Below, piece by piece: positions 49,788-63,244 of a stretch of DNA of 64,000 nucleotides. Each line of letters begins with the position of its first letter. Within the stretch, counting starts at the first letter, position 1. The stretch covers positions 315,828,001-315,892,000 of the forward strand of contig OZ024743.1 in assembly GCA_964016885.1 (NCBI GenBank), written 5' to 3'. This DNA is from Eledone cirrhosa. Its lineage: Eukaryota. The notes under the pieces were generated by a model. The model was not told where the DNA came from, searched no databases, and saw only the letters and a list, made by a program, of their open reading frames with translations. A program made the translations under genes and the position numbers.

Positions 49788-50767
49788 TACCTCTTTCGCC
49801 GTCTCCAAAATAATGAGCACAAGCCATCAACTATGTACGTGGTCTGTAGTGTTAGTTAACTTATAATTCTGTATTTAATACCTGGTCACCTTGTCACATG
49901 TTAACTTTTTTTTATAATATATTTTTTTTGTTGTTTGGAGGAAACTGAGAATTCCGTTGGTGGGGTGGAATTGTCTGAAACCATTTGACCCCATTTGGTG
50001 TCCGAACCCCAAACCTTTACGTTATTAGCACGATTCTCTAATTACCTGAGCTAACTGGACAGATATTTAGGTCGCCATGGAGATAAATAATTAACAGAAA
50101 CTATCAATTATTTATATTATATATATTTGAAGTAATTAAAACAAGCATCCAAAATTGGGTTCCTCCGAAATTCCTTTAGAGTGACGTTACTTGATTGATA
50201 GTGTACGTAGCTCGGAGATCAGAGGGTCACAACTGGTAGAGTCAGTACTTCTTCGAATTGAGAGATCACAGCTCCGATAATATGGGCATGTGGTTAGAAT
50301 GTCTCAAGAAAGAATCACTGGACAGATTTTACAGACAAAACCTACAGACAGCAGACCCAGGAGTAGACCTTGTGCAAGATGGTTGGATAATATCTATGAG
50401 TTTGGCTTGTCTCGCTTGGGAATCCAGTTGGAGGCGGTTGCTTCTGACAGGACCCACTGGAAGGTGTGTTGGAGGACTCTATCTTCACGACCCTCTTTGG
50501 AATAAATGTGCGAAGAAGAAGATGAAGAGATATTAGAAGTAGGATACAATAAAGTTTCACTTTAAAATATTTCATTACATTTATCGAACTTTTACATGTT
50601 TCACAGATTATCGAAAAGCGAACTTAAAGTTTTCAGCCTTGTATAATTCCGTCCGTTAGTTTTTACTGAATATATTCCATCTGTCTTTGTAGGAGGATTA
50701 ACGCAATGCAAAACATTGTAAATTTAGAAAGAAAAAAGAAATCAGAGTAATTAAAACTACTTGCATT

Positions 50768-50841
50768 TGGCCAGTATGGAGCTCGAACCCACGACATTCG
50801 CGTTATTTGCACGGCACTCTAACCAACTGAGCTAACCGGCC
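50768..50841 (-). tRNA. tRNA-Ile(AAT), slot A, U33A/U27C variant
   Basis: Anticodon loop CAAATAA. Confidence 0.6.
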
Positions 50842-51209
50842 TAACGATACATCTCCATAAAATTTCACAATTATTACAATAACTACCACAATAGGGAAAG
50901 ATAATGAAGTTATGTGAAGTTATTACTATAGATAATAGGGATAAATATAGATTGATAATGTCCCTAAAAGATCAAAGGATTTCCAGGTATTACCTACTTT
51001 GGTATACTTATATATAGGTTTACATTTTCTAAACTGTCCTTTTAATTATGACTACGATCTGGTGTTATTGAGGGTAGACTTGGTTCCTATTTCTATCAGA
51101 CGGAAAACCATTTAGGATACTATTTACAAAAGAGGTGAAAAGATCCCACATCTAAAAATATTTTTAAAACGTAAAATTTAAGAAAATAGAATAAAAGAAA
51201 CATTGCTTA

Positions 51210-51283
51210 TGGCCAGTATGGGGCTCGAACCCACGACATTCGCGTTATTAGCACGACGCTCTAACCAACTGAGCTAACTGGCC
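51210..51283 (-). tRNA. tRNA-Ile(AAT), slot B
   Basis: Canonical cloverleaf. Confidence 0.92.
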
Positions 51284-52263
51284 TACCTCTTTCGCCGTCT
51301 CCAAAATAATGAGCACAAGCCATCAACTATGTACGTGGTCTGTAGTGTTAGTTAACTTATAATTCTGTATTTAATACCTGGTCACCTTGTCACATGTTAA
51401 CTTTTTTTTATAATATATTTTTCTTGTTGTTTGGAGGAAACTGAGAATTCCGTTGGTGGGGTGGAATTGTCTGAAACCATTTGACCCCATTTGGTGTCCG
51501 AACCCCAAACCTTTACGTTATTAGCACGATTCTCTAATTACCTGAGCTAACTGGACAGATATTTAGGTCGCCATGGAGATAAATAATTAACAGAAACTAT
51601 CAATTATTTATATTATATATATTTGAAGTAATTAAAACAAGCATCCAAAATTGGGTTCCTCCGAAATTCCTTTAGAGTGACGTTACTTGATTGATAGTGT
51701 ACGTAGCTCGGAGATCAGAGGGTCACAACTGGTAGAGTCAGTACTTCTTCGAATTGAGAGATCACAGCTCCGATAATATGGGCATGTGGTTAGAATGTCT
51801 CAAGAAAGAATCACTGGACAGATTTTACAGACAAAACCTACAGACAGCAGAACCAGGAGTAGACCTTGTGCAAGATGGTTGGATGATATCTATGAGTTTG
51901 GCTTGTCTCGCTTGGGAATCCAGTTGGAGGCGGTTGCTTCTGACAGGACCCACTGGAAGGTGTGTTGGAGGACTCTACCTTCACGACCCTCTTTGGAATA
52001 AATGTGCGAAGAAGAAGATGAAGAGATATTAGAAGTAGGATACAATAAAGTTTCACTTTAAAATATTTCATTACATTTATCGAACTTTTACATGTTTCAC
52101 AGATGATCGAAAAGCGAACTTAAAGTTTTCAGCCTTGTATAATTCCGTCCGTTAGTTTTTACTGAATATATTCCATCTGTCTTTGTAGGAGGATTAACGC
52201 AATGCAAAACATTGTAAATTTAGAAAGAAAAAAGAAATCAGAGTAATTAAAACTACTAGCATT

Positions 52264-52337
52264 TGGCCAGTATGGAGCTCGAACCCACGACATTCGCGTT
52301 ATTTGCACGGCACTCTAACCAACTGAGCTAACCGGCC
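52264..52337 (-). tRNA. tRNA-Ile(AAT), slot A, U33A/U27C variant
   Basis: Anticodon loop CAAATAA. Confidence 0.6.
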
Positions 52338-52705
52338 TAACGATACATCTCCATAAAATTTCACAATTATTACAATAACTACCACAATAGGGAAAGATAA
52401 TGAAGTTATGTGAAGTTATTACTATAGATAATAGGGATAAATATAGATTGATAATGTCCCTAAAAGATCAAAGGATTTCCAGGTATTACCTACTTTGGTA
52501 TACTTATATATAGGTTTACATTTTCTAAACTGTCCTTTTAATTATGACTACGATCTGGTGTTATTGAGGGTAGACTTGGTTCCTATTTCTATCAGACGGA
52601 AAACCATTTAGGATACTATTTACAAAAGAGGTGAAAAGATCCCACATCTAAAAATATTTTTAAAACGTAAAATTTAAGAAAATAGAATAAAAGAAACATT
52701 GCTTA

Positions 52706-52779
52706 TGGCCAGTATGGGGCTCGAACCCACGACATTCGCGTTATTAGCACGACGCTCTAACCAACTGAGCTAACTGGCC
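52706..52779 (-). tRNA. tRNA-Ile(AAT), slot B
   Basis: Canonical cloverleaf. Confidence 0.92.
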
Positions 52780-53757
52780 TACCTCTTTCGCCGTCTCCAA
52801 AATAATGAGCACAAGCCATCAACTATGTACGTGGTCTGTAGTGTTAGTTAACTTATAATTCTGTATTTAATACCTGGTCACCTTGTCACATGTTAACTTT
52901 TTTTTATAATATATTTTTTGTGTTGTTTGGAGGAAACTGAGAATTCCGTTGGTGGGGTGGAATTGTCTGAAACAGTTTGACTCATTTGGTGTCCGAACCC
53001 CAAACCTTTTCGTTATTAACACGATTCTCTAATTACCTGAGCTCACTGGACAGATATTTAGGTCGCCATGGAGATAAATAATTAACAGAAACTATCAATT
53101 ATTTATATTATATATATTTGAAGTAATTAAAACAAGCATCCAAAATTGGGTTCCTCCGAAATTCCTTTAGAGTGACGTTACTTGATTGATAGTGTACGTA
53201 GCTCGGAGATCAGAGGGTCACAACTGGTAGAGTCAGTACTTCTTCGAATTGAGAGATCACAGCTCCGATAATATGGGCATGTGGTTAGAATGTCTCAGGA
53301 AAGAATCACTGGACAGATTTTACAGACAAAACCTACAGACAGCAGAACCAGGAGTAGACCTTGTGCAAGATGGTTGGATGATATCTATGAGTTTGGCTTG
53401 TCTCGCTTGGGAATCCAGTTGGAGGCGGTTGCTTCTGACAGGACCCACTGGAAGGTGTGTTGGAGGACTCTACCTTCACGACCCTCTTTGGAATAAATGT
53501 GCGAAGAAGAAGATGAAGAGATATTAGAAGTAGGATACAATAAAGTTTCACTTTAAAATATTTCATTACATTTATCGAACTTTACATGTTTCACAGATGA
53601 TCAAAAAGCGAACTTAAAGTTTTCAGCCTTGTATAATTCCGTCCGTTAGTTTTTACTGAATATATTCCATCTGTCTTTGTAGGAGGATTAACGCAATGCA
53701 AAACATTGTAAATTTAGAAAGAAAAAAGAAATCAGAGTAATTAAAACTACTTGCATT

Positions 53758-53831
53758 TGGCCAGTATGGAGCTCGAACCCACGACATTCGCGTTATTTGC
53801 ACGGCACTCTAACCAACTGAGCTAACCGGCC
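53758..53831 (-). tRNA. tRNA-Ile(AAT), slot A, U33A/U27C variant
   Basis: Anticodon loop CAAATAA. Confidence 0.6.
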
Positions 53832-54199
53832 TAACGATACATCTCCATAAAATTTCACAATTATTACAATAACTACCACAATAGGGAAAGATAATGAAGT
53901 TATGTGAAGTTATTACTATAGATAATAGGGATAAATATAGATTGATAATGTCCCTAAAAGATCAAAGGATTTCCAGGTATTACCTACTTTGGTATACTTA
54001 TATATAGGTTTACATTTTCTAAACTGTCCTTTTAATTATGACTACGATCTGGTGTTATTGAGGGGAGACTTGGTTCCTATTTCTATCAGACGGAAAACCA
54101 TTTAGGATACTATTTACAAAAGAGGTGAAAAGATCCCACATCTAAAAATATTTTTAAAACGTAAAATTTAAGAAAATAGAATAAAAGAAACATTGCTTA

Positions 54200-54273
54200 T
54201 GGCCAGTATGGGGCTCGAACCCACGATATTCGCGTTATTAGCACGACGCTCTAACCAACTGAGCTAACTGGCC
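54200..54273 (-). tRNA. tRNA-Ile(AAT), slot B (variable-loop change)
   Basis: Cloverleaf. Confidence 0.85.
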
Positions 54274-55253
54274 TACCTCTTTCGCCGTCTCCAAAATAAT
54301 AAGCACAAGCCATCAACTATGTACGTGGTCTGTAGTGTTAGTTAACTTATAATTCTGTATTTAATACCTGGTCACCTTGTCACATGTTAACTTTTTTTTA
54401 TAATATATTTTTCTTGTTGTTTGGAGGAAACTAAGAATTCCGTTGGTGGGGTGGAATTGTCTGAAACCATTTGACCCCATTTGGTGTCCGAACCCCAAAC
54501 CTTTACGTTATTAGCACGATTCTCTAATTACCTGAGCTAACTGGACAGATATTTAGGTCGCCATGGAGATAAATAATTAACAGAAACTATCAATTATTTA
54601 TATTATATATATTTGAAGTAATTAAAACAAGCATCCAAAATTGGGTTCCTCCGAAATTCCTTTAGAGTGACGTTACTTGATGGATAGTGTACGTAGCTCG
54701 GAGATCAGAGGGTCACAACTGGTAGAGTCAGTACTTCTTCGAATTGAGAGATCACAGCTCCGATAATATGGGCATGTGGTTAGAATGTCTCAAGAAAGAA
54801 TCACTGGACATATTTTACAGACAAAACCTACAGACAGCAGAACCAGGAGTAGACCTTGTGCAAGATGGTTGGATGATATCTATGAGTTTGGCTTGTCTCG
54901 CTTGGGAATCCAGTTGGAGGCGGTTGCTTCTGACAGGACCCACTGGAAGGTGTGTTGGAGGACTCTACCTTCACGACCCTCTTTGGAATAAATGTGCGAA
55001 GAAGAAGATGAAGAGATATTAGAAGTAGGATACAATAAAGTTTCACTTTAAAATATTTCATTACATTTATCGAACTTTTACATGTTTCACAGATTATCGA
55101 AAAGCGAACTTAAAGTTTTCAGCCTTGTATAATTCCGTCCGTTAGTTTTTACTGAATATATTCCATCTGTCTTTGTAGGAGGATTAACGCAATGCAAAAC
55201 ATTGTAAATTTAGAAAGAAAAAAGAAATCAGAGTAATTAAAACTAATGGCATT

Positions 55254-55327
55254 TGGCCAGTATGGGGATCTAACCCACGACATTCGCGTTATTAGCACGA
55301 CACTCTAACCAACTGAGCTAACCGGCC
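55254..55327 (-). tRNA. tRNA-Ile(AAT), slot A, B-box mutant (GTTAGA), likely inactive
   Basis: C56 lost. Confidence 0.55.
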
Positions 55328-55695
55328 TAACGATACATCTCCTTAAAATTACACAATTATTACAATAAATACCACAATAGAGAAAGATAATGAAGTTATG
55401 TGAAGTTATTACTATAGATAATAGGGATAAATATAGATTGATAATGTCCCCTAAAGATCAAAGGATTTCCAGGTATTACCTACTTTGGTATACTTATATA
55501 TAGGTTTACATTTTCTAAAATGTCCTTTTAATTATGACTACGATCTGGTGTTATTTAGGGTAGACTTGGTTCCTATTTCTATCAGACGGAAAACCATTTT
55601 GGATACTATTTACAAAAGAGGTGAAAAGATCCCACATATAAAAATATTTTTAAAACGTAAAATTTTAGAAAATAGAATAAAAGAAACATTGCTTA

Positions 55696-55769
55696 TGGTC
55701 AGTATGGGGGTCGAACCCACGACATTCGCGTTATTAGCACGACGCTCTAACCAACTGTACTAACCGGCC
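55696..55769 (-). tRNA. tRNA-Ile(AAT), slot B, damaged D and acceptor stems
   Basis: AGTACAG instead of AGCTCAG; GACCA end. Confidence 0.55.
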
Positions 55770-56748
55770 TACCTCTTTCGTCGTCTCCAAAATAATGAGC
55801 ACAAGCCATCAACTATGTACGTGGTCTGTAGTGTTAGTTAAATTATAATTCTGTATTTAATACCTTGTCACCTTGTCACACGTTAACTTTTTTTTATAAT
55901 ATATTTTTCTTGTTGTTTGGAGGAAACTGAGAATTCCGTTGGTGGGGTGGAATTGTCTGAAACAGTTTGACCCCATTTGGTGTCCGAACCCCAAACCTTT
56001 ACGTTATTAGCACGATTCTCTAATTACCTGAGCTAACTGGACAGATATTTAGGTCGCCATGGAGATAAATAATTAACAGAAACTATCAATTATTTATATT
56101 ATATATATTTGAAGTAATTAAAACAAGCATCCAAAATTGGGTTCCTCCGAAATTCCTTTAGAGTGACGTTACTTGATTGATAGTGTACGTAGCTCGGAGA
56201 TCAGAGGGTCACAACTGGTAGAGTCAGTACTTCTTCGAATTGAGAGATCACAGCTCCGATAATATGGGCATGTGGTTAGAATGTCTCAAGAAAGAATCAC
56301 TGGACAGATTTTACAGACAAAACCTACAGACAGCAGACCCAGGAGTAGACCTTGTGCAAGATGGTTGGATGATATCTATGAGTTTGGCTTGTCTCGCTTG
56401 GGAATCCAGTTGGAGGCGGTTGCTTCTGACAGGACCCACTGGAAGGTGTGTTGGAGGACTCTATTTTCACGACCCTCTTTGGAATAAATGTGCGAAGAAG
56501 AAGATGAAGAGATATTAGAAGTAGGATACAATAAAGTTTCACTTTAAAATATTTCATTACATTTATCGAACTTTACATGTTTCACAGATGATCGAAAAGC
56601 GAACTTAAAGTTTTCAGCCTTGTATAATTCCGTCCGTTAGTTTTTACTGAATATATTCCATCTGTCTTTGTAGGAGGATTAACGCAATGCAAAACATTGT
56701 AAATTTAGAAAGAAAAAAGAAATCAGAGTAATTAAAACTACTTGCATT

Positions 56749-56822
56749 TGGCCAGTATGGAGCTCGAACCCACGACATTCGCGTTATTAGCACGACACTC
56801 TAACCAACTGAGCTAACCGGCC
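56749..56822 (-). tRNA. tRNA-Ile(AAT), slot A
   Basis: Cloverleaf with G-U pairs. Confidence 0.83.
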
Positions 56823-57190
56823 TAACGATACATCTCCATAAAATTTCACAATTATTACAATAACTACCACAATAGGGAAAGATAATGAAGTTATGTGAAG
56901 TTATTACTATAGATAATAGGGATAAATATAGATTGATAATGTTCCTAAAAGATCAAAGGATTTCCAGGTATTACCTACTTTGGTATACTTATATATAGGT
57001 TTACATTTTCTAAACTGTCCTTTTAATTATGACTACGATCTGGTGTTATTGAGGGTAGACTTGGTTCCTATTTCTATCAGACGGAAAACCATTTAGGATA
57101 CTATTTACAAAAGAGGTGAAAAGATCCCACATCTAAAAATATTTTTAAAACGTAAAATTTAAGAAAATAGAATAAAAGAAACATTGCTTA

Positions 57191-57264
57191 TGGCCAGTAT
57201 GGGGCTCGAACCCACGACATTCGCGTTATTAGCACGACGCTCTAACCAACTGAGCTAACTGGCC
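57191..57264 (-). tRNA. tRNA-Ile(AAT), slot B
   Basis: Canonical cloverleaf. Confidence 0.92.
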
Positions 57265-58243
57265 TACCTCTTTCGCCGTCTCCAAAATAATGAGCACAAG
57301 CCATCAACTATGTACGTGGTCTGTAGTGTTAGTTAACTTATAATTCTGTATTTAATACCTGGTCACCTTGTCACATGTTAACTTTTTTTTATAATATATT
57401 TTTCTTGTTGTTTGGAGGAAACTGAGAATTCCGTTGGTGGGGTGGAATTGTCTGAAACCATTTGACCCCATTTGGTGTCCGAACCCCAAACCTTTACGTT
57501 ATTAGCACGATTCTCTAATTACCTGATCTAACTGGACAGATATTTAGGTCGCCATGGAGATAAATAATTAACAGAAACTATCAATTATTTATATTATATA
57601 TATTTGAAGTAATTAAAACAAGCATCCAAAATTGGGTTCCTCCGAAATTCCTTTAGAGTGACGTTACTTGATTGATAGTGTACGTAGCTCGGAGTTCAGA
57701 GGGTCACAACTGGTAGAGTCAGTACTTCTTCGAATTGAGAGATCACAGCTCCGATAATATGGGCATGTGGTTAGAATGTCTCAAGAAAGAATCACTGGAC
57801 AGATTTTACAGACAAAACCTACAGACAGCAGACCCAGGAGTAGACCTTGTGCAAGATGGTTGGATGATATCTATGAGTTTGGCTTGTCTCGCTTGGGAAT
57901 CCAGTTGGAGGCGGTTGCTTCTGACAGGACCCACTGGAAGGTGTGTTGGAGGACTCTACCTTCACGACCCTCTTTGGAATAAATGTGCGAAGAAGAAGAT
58001 GAAGAGATATTAGAATTAGGATACAATAAAGTTTCACTTTAAAATATTTCATTACATTTATCGAACTTTACATGTTTCACAGATGATCAAAAAGCGAACT
58101 TAAAGTTTTCAGCCTTGTATAATTCCGTCCGTTAGTTTTTACTGAATATATTCCATCTGTCTTTGTAGGAGGATTAACGCAATGCAAAACATTGTAAATT
58201 TAGAAAGAAAAAAGAAATCAGAGTAATTAAAACTACTTGCATT

Positions 58244-58317
58244 TGGCCAGTATGGAGCTCGAACCCACGACATTCGCGTTATTAGCACGACACTCTAACC
58301 AACTGAGCTAACCGGCC
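58244..58317 (-). tRNA. tRNA-Ile(AAT), slot A
   Basis: Cloverleaf with G-U pairs. Confidence 0.83.
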
Positions 58318-58685
58318 TAACGATACATCTCCATACAATTACACAATTATTACAATAACTACCACAATAGGGAAAGATAATGAAGTTATGTGAAGTTATT
58401 ACTATAGATAATAGGGATAAATATAGATTGATAATGTCCCCTAAAGATCAAAGGATTTCCAGGTATTACCTACTTTCGTATACTTATATATAGGTTTACA
58501 TTTTCTAAACTGTCATTTTAATTATGACTACGATCTGGTGTTATTTAGGCTAGACTTGGTTCCTATTTCTATCAGACGGAAAACCATTTTGGATACTATT
58601 TACAAAAGAGGTGAAAAGATCCCACATATAAAAATATTTTTAAAACGTAAAATTTTAGAAAATAGAATAAAAGAAACATTGCTTA

Positions 58686-58759
58686 TGGCCAGTATGGGGG
58701 TCGAACCCACGACATTCGCGTTATTAGCACGACGCTCTAACCAACTGAGCTAACCGGCC
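58686..58759 (-). tRNA. tRNA-Ile(AAT), slot B
   Basis: Canonical cloverleaf. Confidence 0.93.
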
Positions 58760-59738
58760 TACCTCTTTCGTCGTCTCCAAAATAATGAGCACAAGCCATC
58801 AACTATGTACGTGGTCTGTAGTGTTAGTTAAATTATAATTCTGTATATAACACCCTGTCACCTTGTCACATGTTAACTTTTTTTTATAATATATTTTTCT
58901 TGTTGTTTGGAGGAAACTGAGAATTCCGTTGGTGGGGTGGAATTGTCTGAAACAGTTTGACCCCATTTGGTGTCCGAACCCCAAACCTTTATGTTATTAG
59001 CACGATTCTCTAATAACCTGAGCTAACTGGACAGATATTTAGGTCGCCATGGAGATAAATAATTAACAGAAACTATCAATTATTTATATTATATATATTT
59101 GAAGTAATTAAAACAAGCATCCAAAATTGGGTTCCTCCGAAATTCCTTTAGAGTGACGTTACTTGATTGATAGTGTACGTAGCTCGGAGATCAGAGGGTC
59201 ACAACTGGTAGAGTCAGTACTTCTTCGAATTGAGAGATCACAGCTCCGATAATATGGGCATGTGGTTAGAATGTCTCAAGAAAGAATCACTGGACAGATT
59301 TTACAGACAAAACCTACAGACAGCAGAACCAGGAGTAGACCTTGTGCAAGATGGTTGGATGATATCTATGAGTTTGGCTTGTCTCGCTTGGGAATCCAGT
59401 TGGAGGCGGTTGCTTCTGACAGGACCCACCGGAAGGTGTGTTGGAGGACTCTACCTTCACGACCCTCTTTGGAATAAATGTGCGAAGAAGAAGATGAAGA
59501 GATGTTAGAAGTAGGATACAATAAAGTTTCACTTTAAAATATTTCATTACATTTATCGATCTTTACATGTTTCACAGATTATCGAAAAGCGAACTTAAAG
59601 TTTTCAGCCTTGTATAATTCCGTCCGTTAGTTTTTACTGAATATATTCCATCTGTCTTTGTAGGAGGATTAACGCAATGCAAAACATTGTAAATTTAGAA
59701 AGAAAAAAGAAATCAGAGTCATTAAAACTACTTGCATT

Positions 59739-59812
59739 TGGCCAGTATGGAGCTCGAACCCACGACATTCGCGTTATTAGCACGACACTCTAACCAACTG
59801 AGCTAACTGGCC
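59739..59812 (-). tRNA. tRNA-Ile(AAT), slot A
   Basis: Cloverleaf. Confidence 0.83.
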
Positions 59813-60180
59813 TAACGATGCATCTCCATAAAATTACACAATTATTACAATAACTACCACAATAGGGAAAGATAATGAAGTTATGTGAAGTTATTACTAT
59901 AGATAATAGGGATAAATATAGATTGATAATGTCCCCTAAAGATTAAAGGATTTCCAGGTATTACCTACTTTGGTATACTTATATATAGGTTTACATTTTC
60001 TAAAATGTCCTTTTAATTATGACTACGATCTGGTGTTATTGAGGGTAGACTTGGTTCCTATTTCTATCAGACGGAAAACCATTTTGGATACTATTTACAA
60101 AAGAGGTGAAAAGATCCCACATATAAAAATATTTTTAAAACGTAAAATTTAAGAAAATAGAATAAAAGGAACATTGTTTA

Positions 60181-60254
60181 TGGCCAGTATGGAGCTCGAA
60201 CCCACGACATTCGCGTTATTAGCACGACGCTCTAACCAACTGAGCTAACCGGCC
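60181..60254 (-). tRNA. tRNA-Ile(AAT), slot B
   Basis: Cloverleaf. Confidence 0.88.
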
Positions 60255-61233
60255 TACCTCTTTCGTCGTCTCCAAAATAATGAGCACAAGCCATCAACTA
60301 TGTACGTGGTCTGTAGTGTTAGTTAAATTATAATTCTGTATATAACACCTTGTCACCTTGTCACATGTTAACTTTTTTTTATAATATATTTTTCTTGTTG
60401 TTTGGAGGAAACTGAGAATTCCGTTGGTGGGGTGGAATTGTCTGAAACCATTTGACCCCATTTGGTGTCCGAACCCCAAACCTTTACGTTATTAGCACGA
60501 TTCTCTAATTACCTGAGCTAACTGGACAGATATTTAGGTCGCCATGGAGATAAATAATTAACAGAAACTATCAATTATTTATATTATATATATTTGAAGT
60601 AATTAAAACAAGCATCCAAAATTGGGTTCCTCCGAAATTCCTTTAGAGTGAAGTTACTTGATTGATAGTGTACGTAGCTCGGAGATCAGAGGGTCACAAC
60701 TGGTAGAGTCAGTACTTCTTCGAATTGAGAGATCACAGCTCCGATAATATGGGCATGTGGTTAGAATGTCTCAAGAAAGAATCACTGGACAGATTTTACA
60801 GACAAAACCTACAGACAGCAGACCCAGGAGTAGACCTTGTGCAAGATGGTTGGATGATATCTATGAGTTTGGCTTGTCTCGCATGGGAATCCAGTTGGAG
60901 GCGGTTGCTTCTGACAGGACCCACTGGAAGGTGTGTTGGAGGACTCTACCTTCACGACCCTCTTTGGAGTAAATGTGCGAAGAAGAAGATGAAGAGATAT
61001 TAGAAGTAGGATACAATAAAGTTTCACTTTAAAATATTTCATTACATTTATCGAACTTTACATGTTTCACAGATTATCGAAAAGCGAACTTAAAGTTTTC
61101 AGCCTTGTATAATTCCGTCCGTTAGTTTTTACTGAATATATTCCATCTGTCTTTGTAGGAGGATTAACGCAATGCAAAACATTGTAAATTTAGAAAGAAA
61201 AAAGAAATCAGTGTAATTAAAACTACTTGCATT

Positions 61234-61307
61234 TGGCCAGTATGGAGCTCGAACCCACGACATTCGCGTTATTAGCACGACACTCTAACCAACTGAGCTA
61301 ACCGGCC
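61234..61307 (-). tRNA. tRNA-Ile(AAT), slot A
   Basis: Cloverleaf. Confidence 0.83.
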
Positions 61308-61675
61308 TAACGATGCATCTCCATAAAATTACACAATTATTACAATAACTACCACAATAGGGAAAGATAATGAAGTTATGTGAAGTTATTACTATAGATA
61401 ATAGGGATAAATATAGATTGATAATGTCCCCTAAAGATCAAAGGATTTCCAGGTATTACCTACTTTGGTATACTTATATATAGGTTTACATTTTCTAAAC
61501 TGTCCTTTTAATTATGACTACGATCTGGTGTTATTGAGGGTAGACTTGGTTCCTATTTCTATCAGACGGAAAACCATTTTGGATACTATTTACAAAAGAG
61601 GTGAAAAGATCCCACATATTAAAATATTTTTAAAACGTAAAATTTAAGAAAATAGAATAAAAGGAACATTGCTTA

Positions 61676-61749
61676 TGGCCAGTATGGGGCTCGAACCCAC
61701 GACATTCGCGTTATTAGCACGACGCTCTAACCAACTGAGCTAACCGGCC
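61676..61749 (-). tRNA. tRNA-Ile(AAT), slot B
   Basis: Canonical cloverleaf. Confidence 0.93.
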
Positions 61750-62728
61750 TACCTCTTTCGTCGTCTCCAAAATAATGAGCACAAGCCATCAACTATGTTC
61801 GTGTTCTGTAGTGTTAGTTAAATTATAATTCTGTATATAACACCTTGTCACCTTGTCACATGTTAACTTTTTTTTATAATATATTTTTCTTGTTGTTTGG
61901 AGGAAACTGAGAATTCCGTTGGTGGGGTGGAATTGTCTGAAACCATTTGACCCCATTTGGTGTCCGAAGCCCAAACCTTTACGTTATTAGCACGATTCTC
62001 TAATTACCTGAGCTAACTGGACAGATATTTAGGTCGCCATGGAGATAAATAATTAACAGAAACTATCAATTATTTATATTATATATATTTGAAGTAATTA
62101 AAACAAGCATCCAAAATTGGGTTCCTCCGAAATTCCTTTAGAGTGACGTTACTTGATTGATAGTGTACGTAGCTCGGAGATCAGAGGGTCACAACTGGTA
62201 GAGTCAGTACTTCTTCGAATTGAGAGATCACAGCTCCGATAATATGGGCATGTGGTTAGAATGTCTCAAGAAAGAATCACTGGACAGATTTTACAGACAA
62301 AACCTACAGACAGCAGAACCAGGAGTAGACCTTGTGCAAGATGGTTGGATGATATCTATGAGTTTGGCTTGTCTCGCTTGGGAATCCAGTTGGAGGCGGT
62401 TGGTTCTGACAGGACCCACTGGAAGGTGTGTTGGAGGACTCTACCTTCACGACCCTCTTTGGAATAAATGTGCGAAGAAGAAGATGAAGAGATATTAGAA
62501 GTAGGATACAATAAAGTTTCACTTTAAAATATTTCATTATATTTATCGAACTTTACATGTTTCACAGATGATCGAAAAGCGAACTTAAAGTTTTCAGCCT
62601 TGTATAATTCCGTCCGTTAGTTTTTACTGAATATATTCCATCTGTCTTTGTAGGAGGATTAACGCAATGCAAAACATTGTAAATTTAGAAAGAAAAAAGA
62701 AATCAGAGTCATTAAAACTACTTGCATT

Positions 62729-62802
62729 TGGCCAGTATGGAGCTCGAACCCACGACATTCGCGTTATTAGCACGACACTCTAACCAACTGAGCTAACTGG
62801 CC
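62729..62802 (-). tRNA. tRNA-Ile(AAT), slot A
   Basis: Cloverleaf. Confidence 0.83.
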
Positions 62803-63170
62803 TAACGATGCATCTCCATAAAATTACACAATTATTACAATAACTACCACAATAGGGAAAGATAATGAAGTTATGTGAAGTTATTACTATAGATAATAGG
62901 GATAAATATAGATTGATAATGTCCCCTAAAGATTAAAGGATTTCCAGGTATTACCTACTTTGGTATACTTATATATAGGTTTACATTTTCTAAAATGTCC
63001 TTTTAATTATGACTACGATCTGGTGTTATTGAGGGTAGACTTGGTTCCTATTTCTATCAGACGGAAAACCATTTTGGATACTATTTACAAAAGAGGTGAA
63101 AAGATCCCACATATAAAAATATTTTTAAAACGTAAAATTTAAGAAAATAGAATAAAAGGAACATTGTTTA

Positions 63171-63244
63171 TGGCCAGTATGGAGCTCGAACCCACGACAT
63201 TCGCGTTATTAGCACGACGCTCTAACCAACTGAGCTAACCGGCC
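63171..63244 (-). tRNA. tRNA-Ile(AAT), slot B
   Basis: Cloverleaf. Confidence 0.88.
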
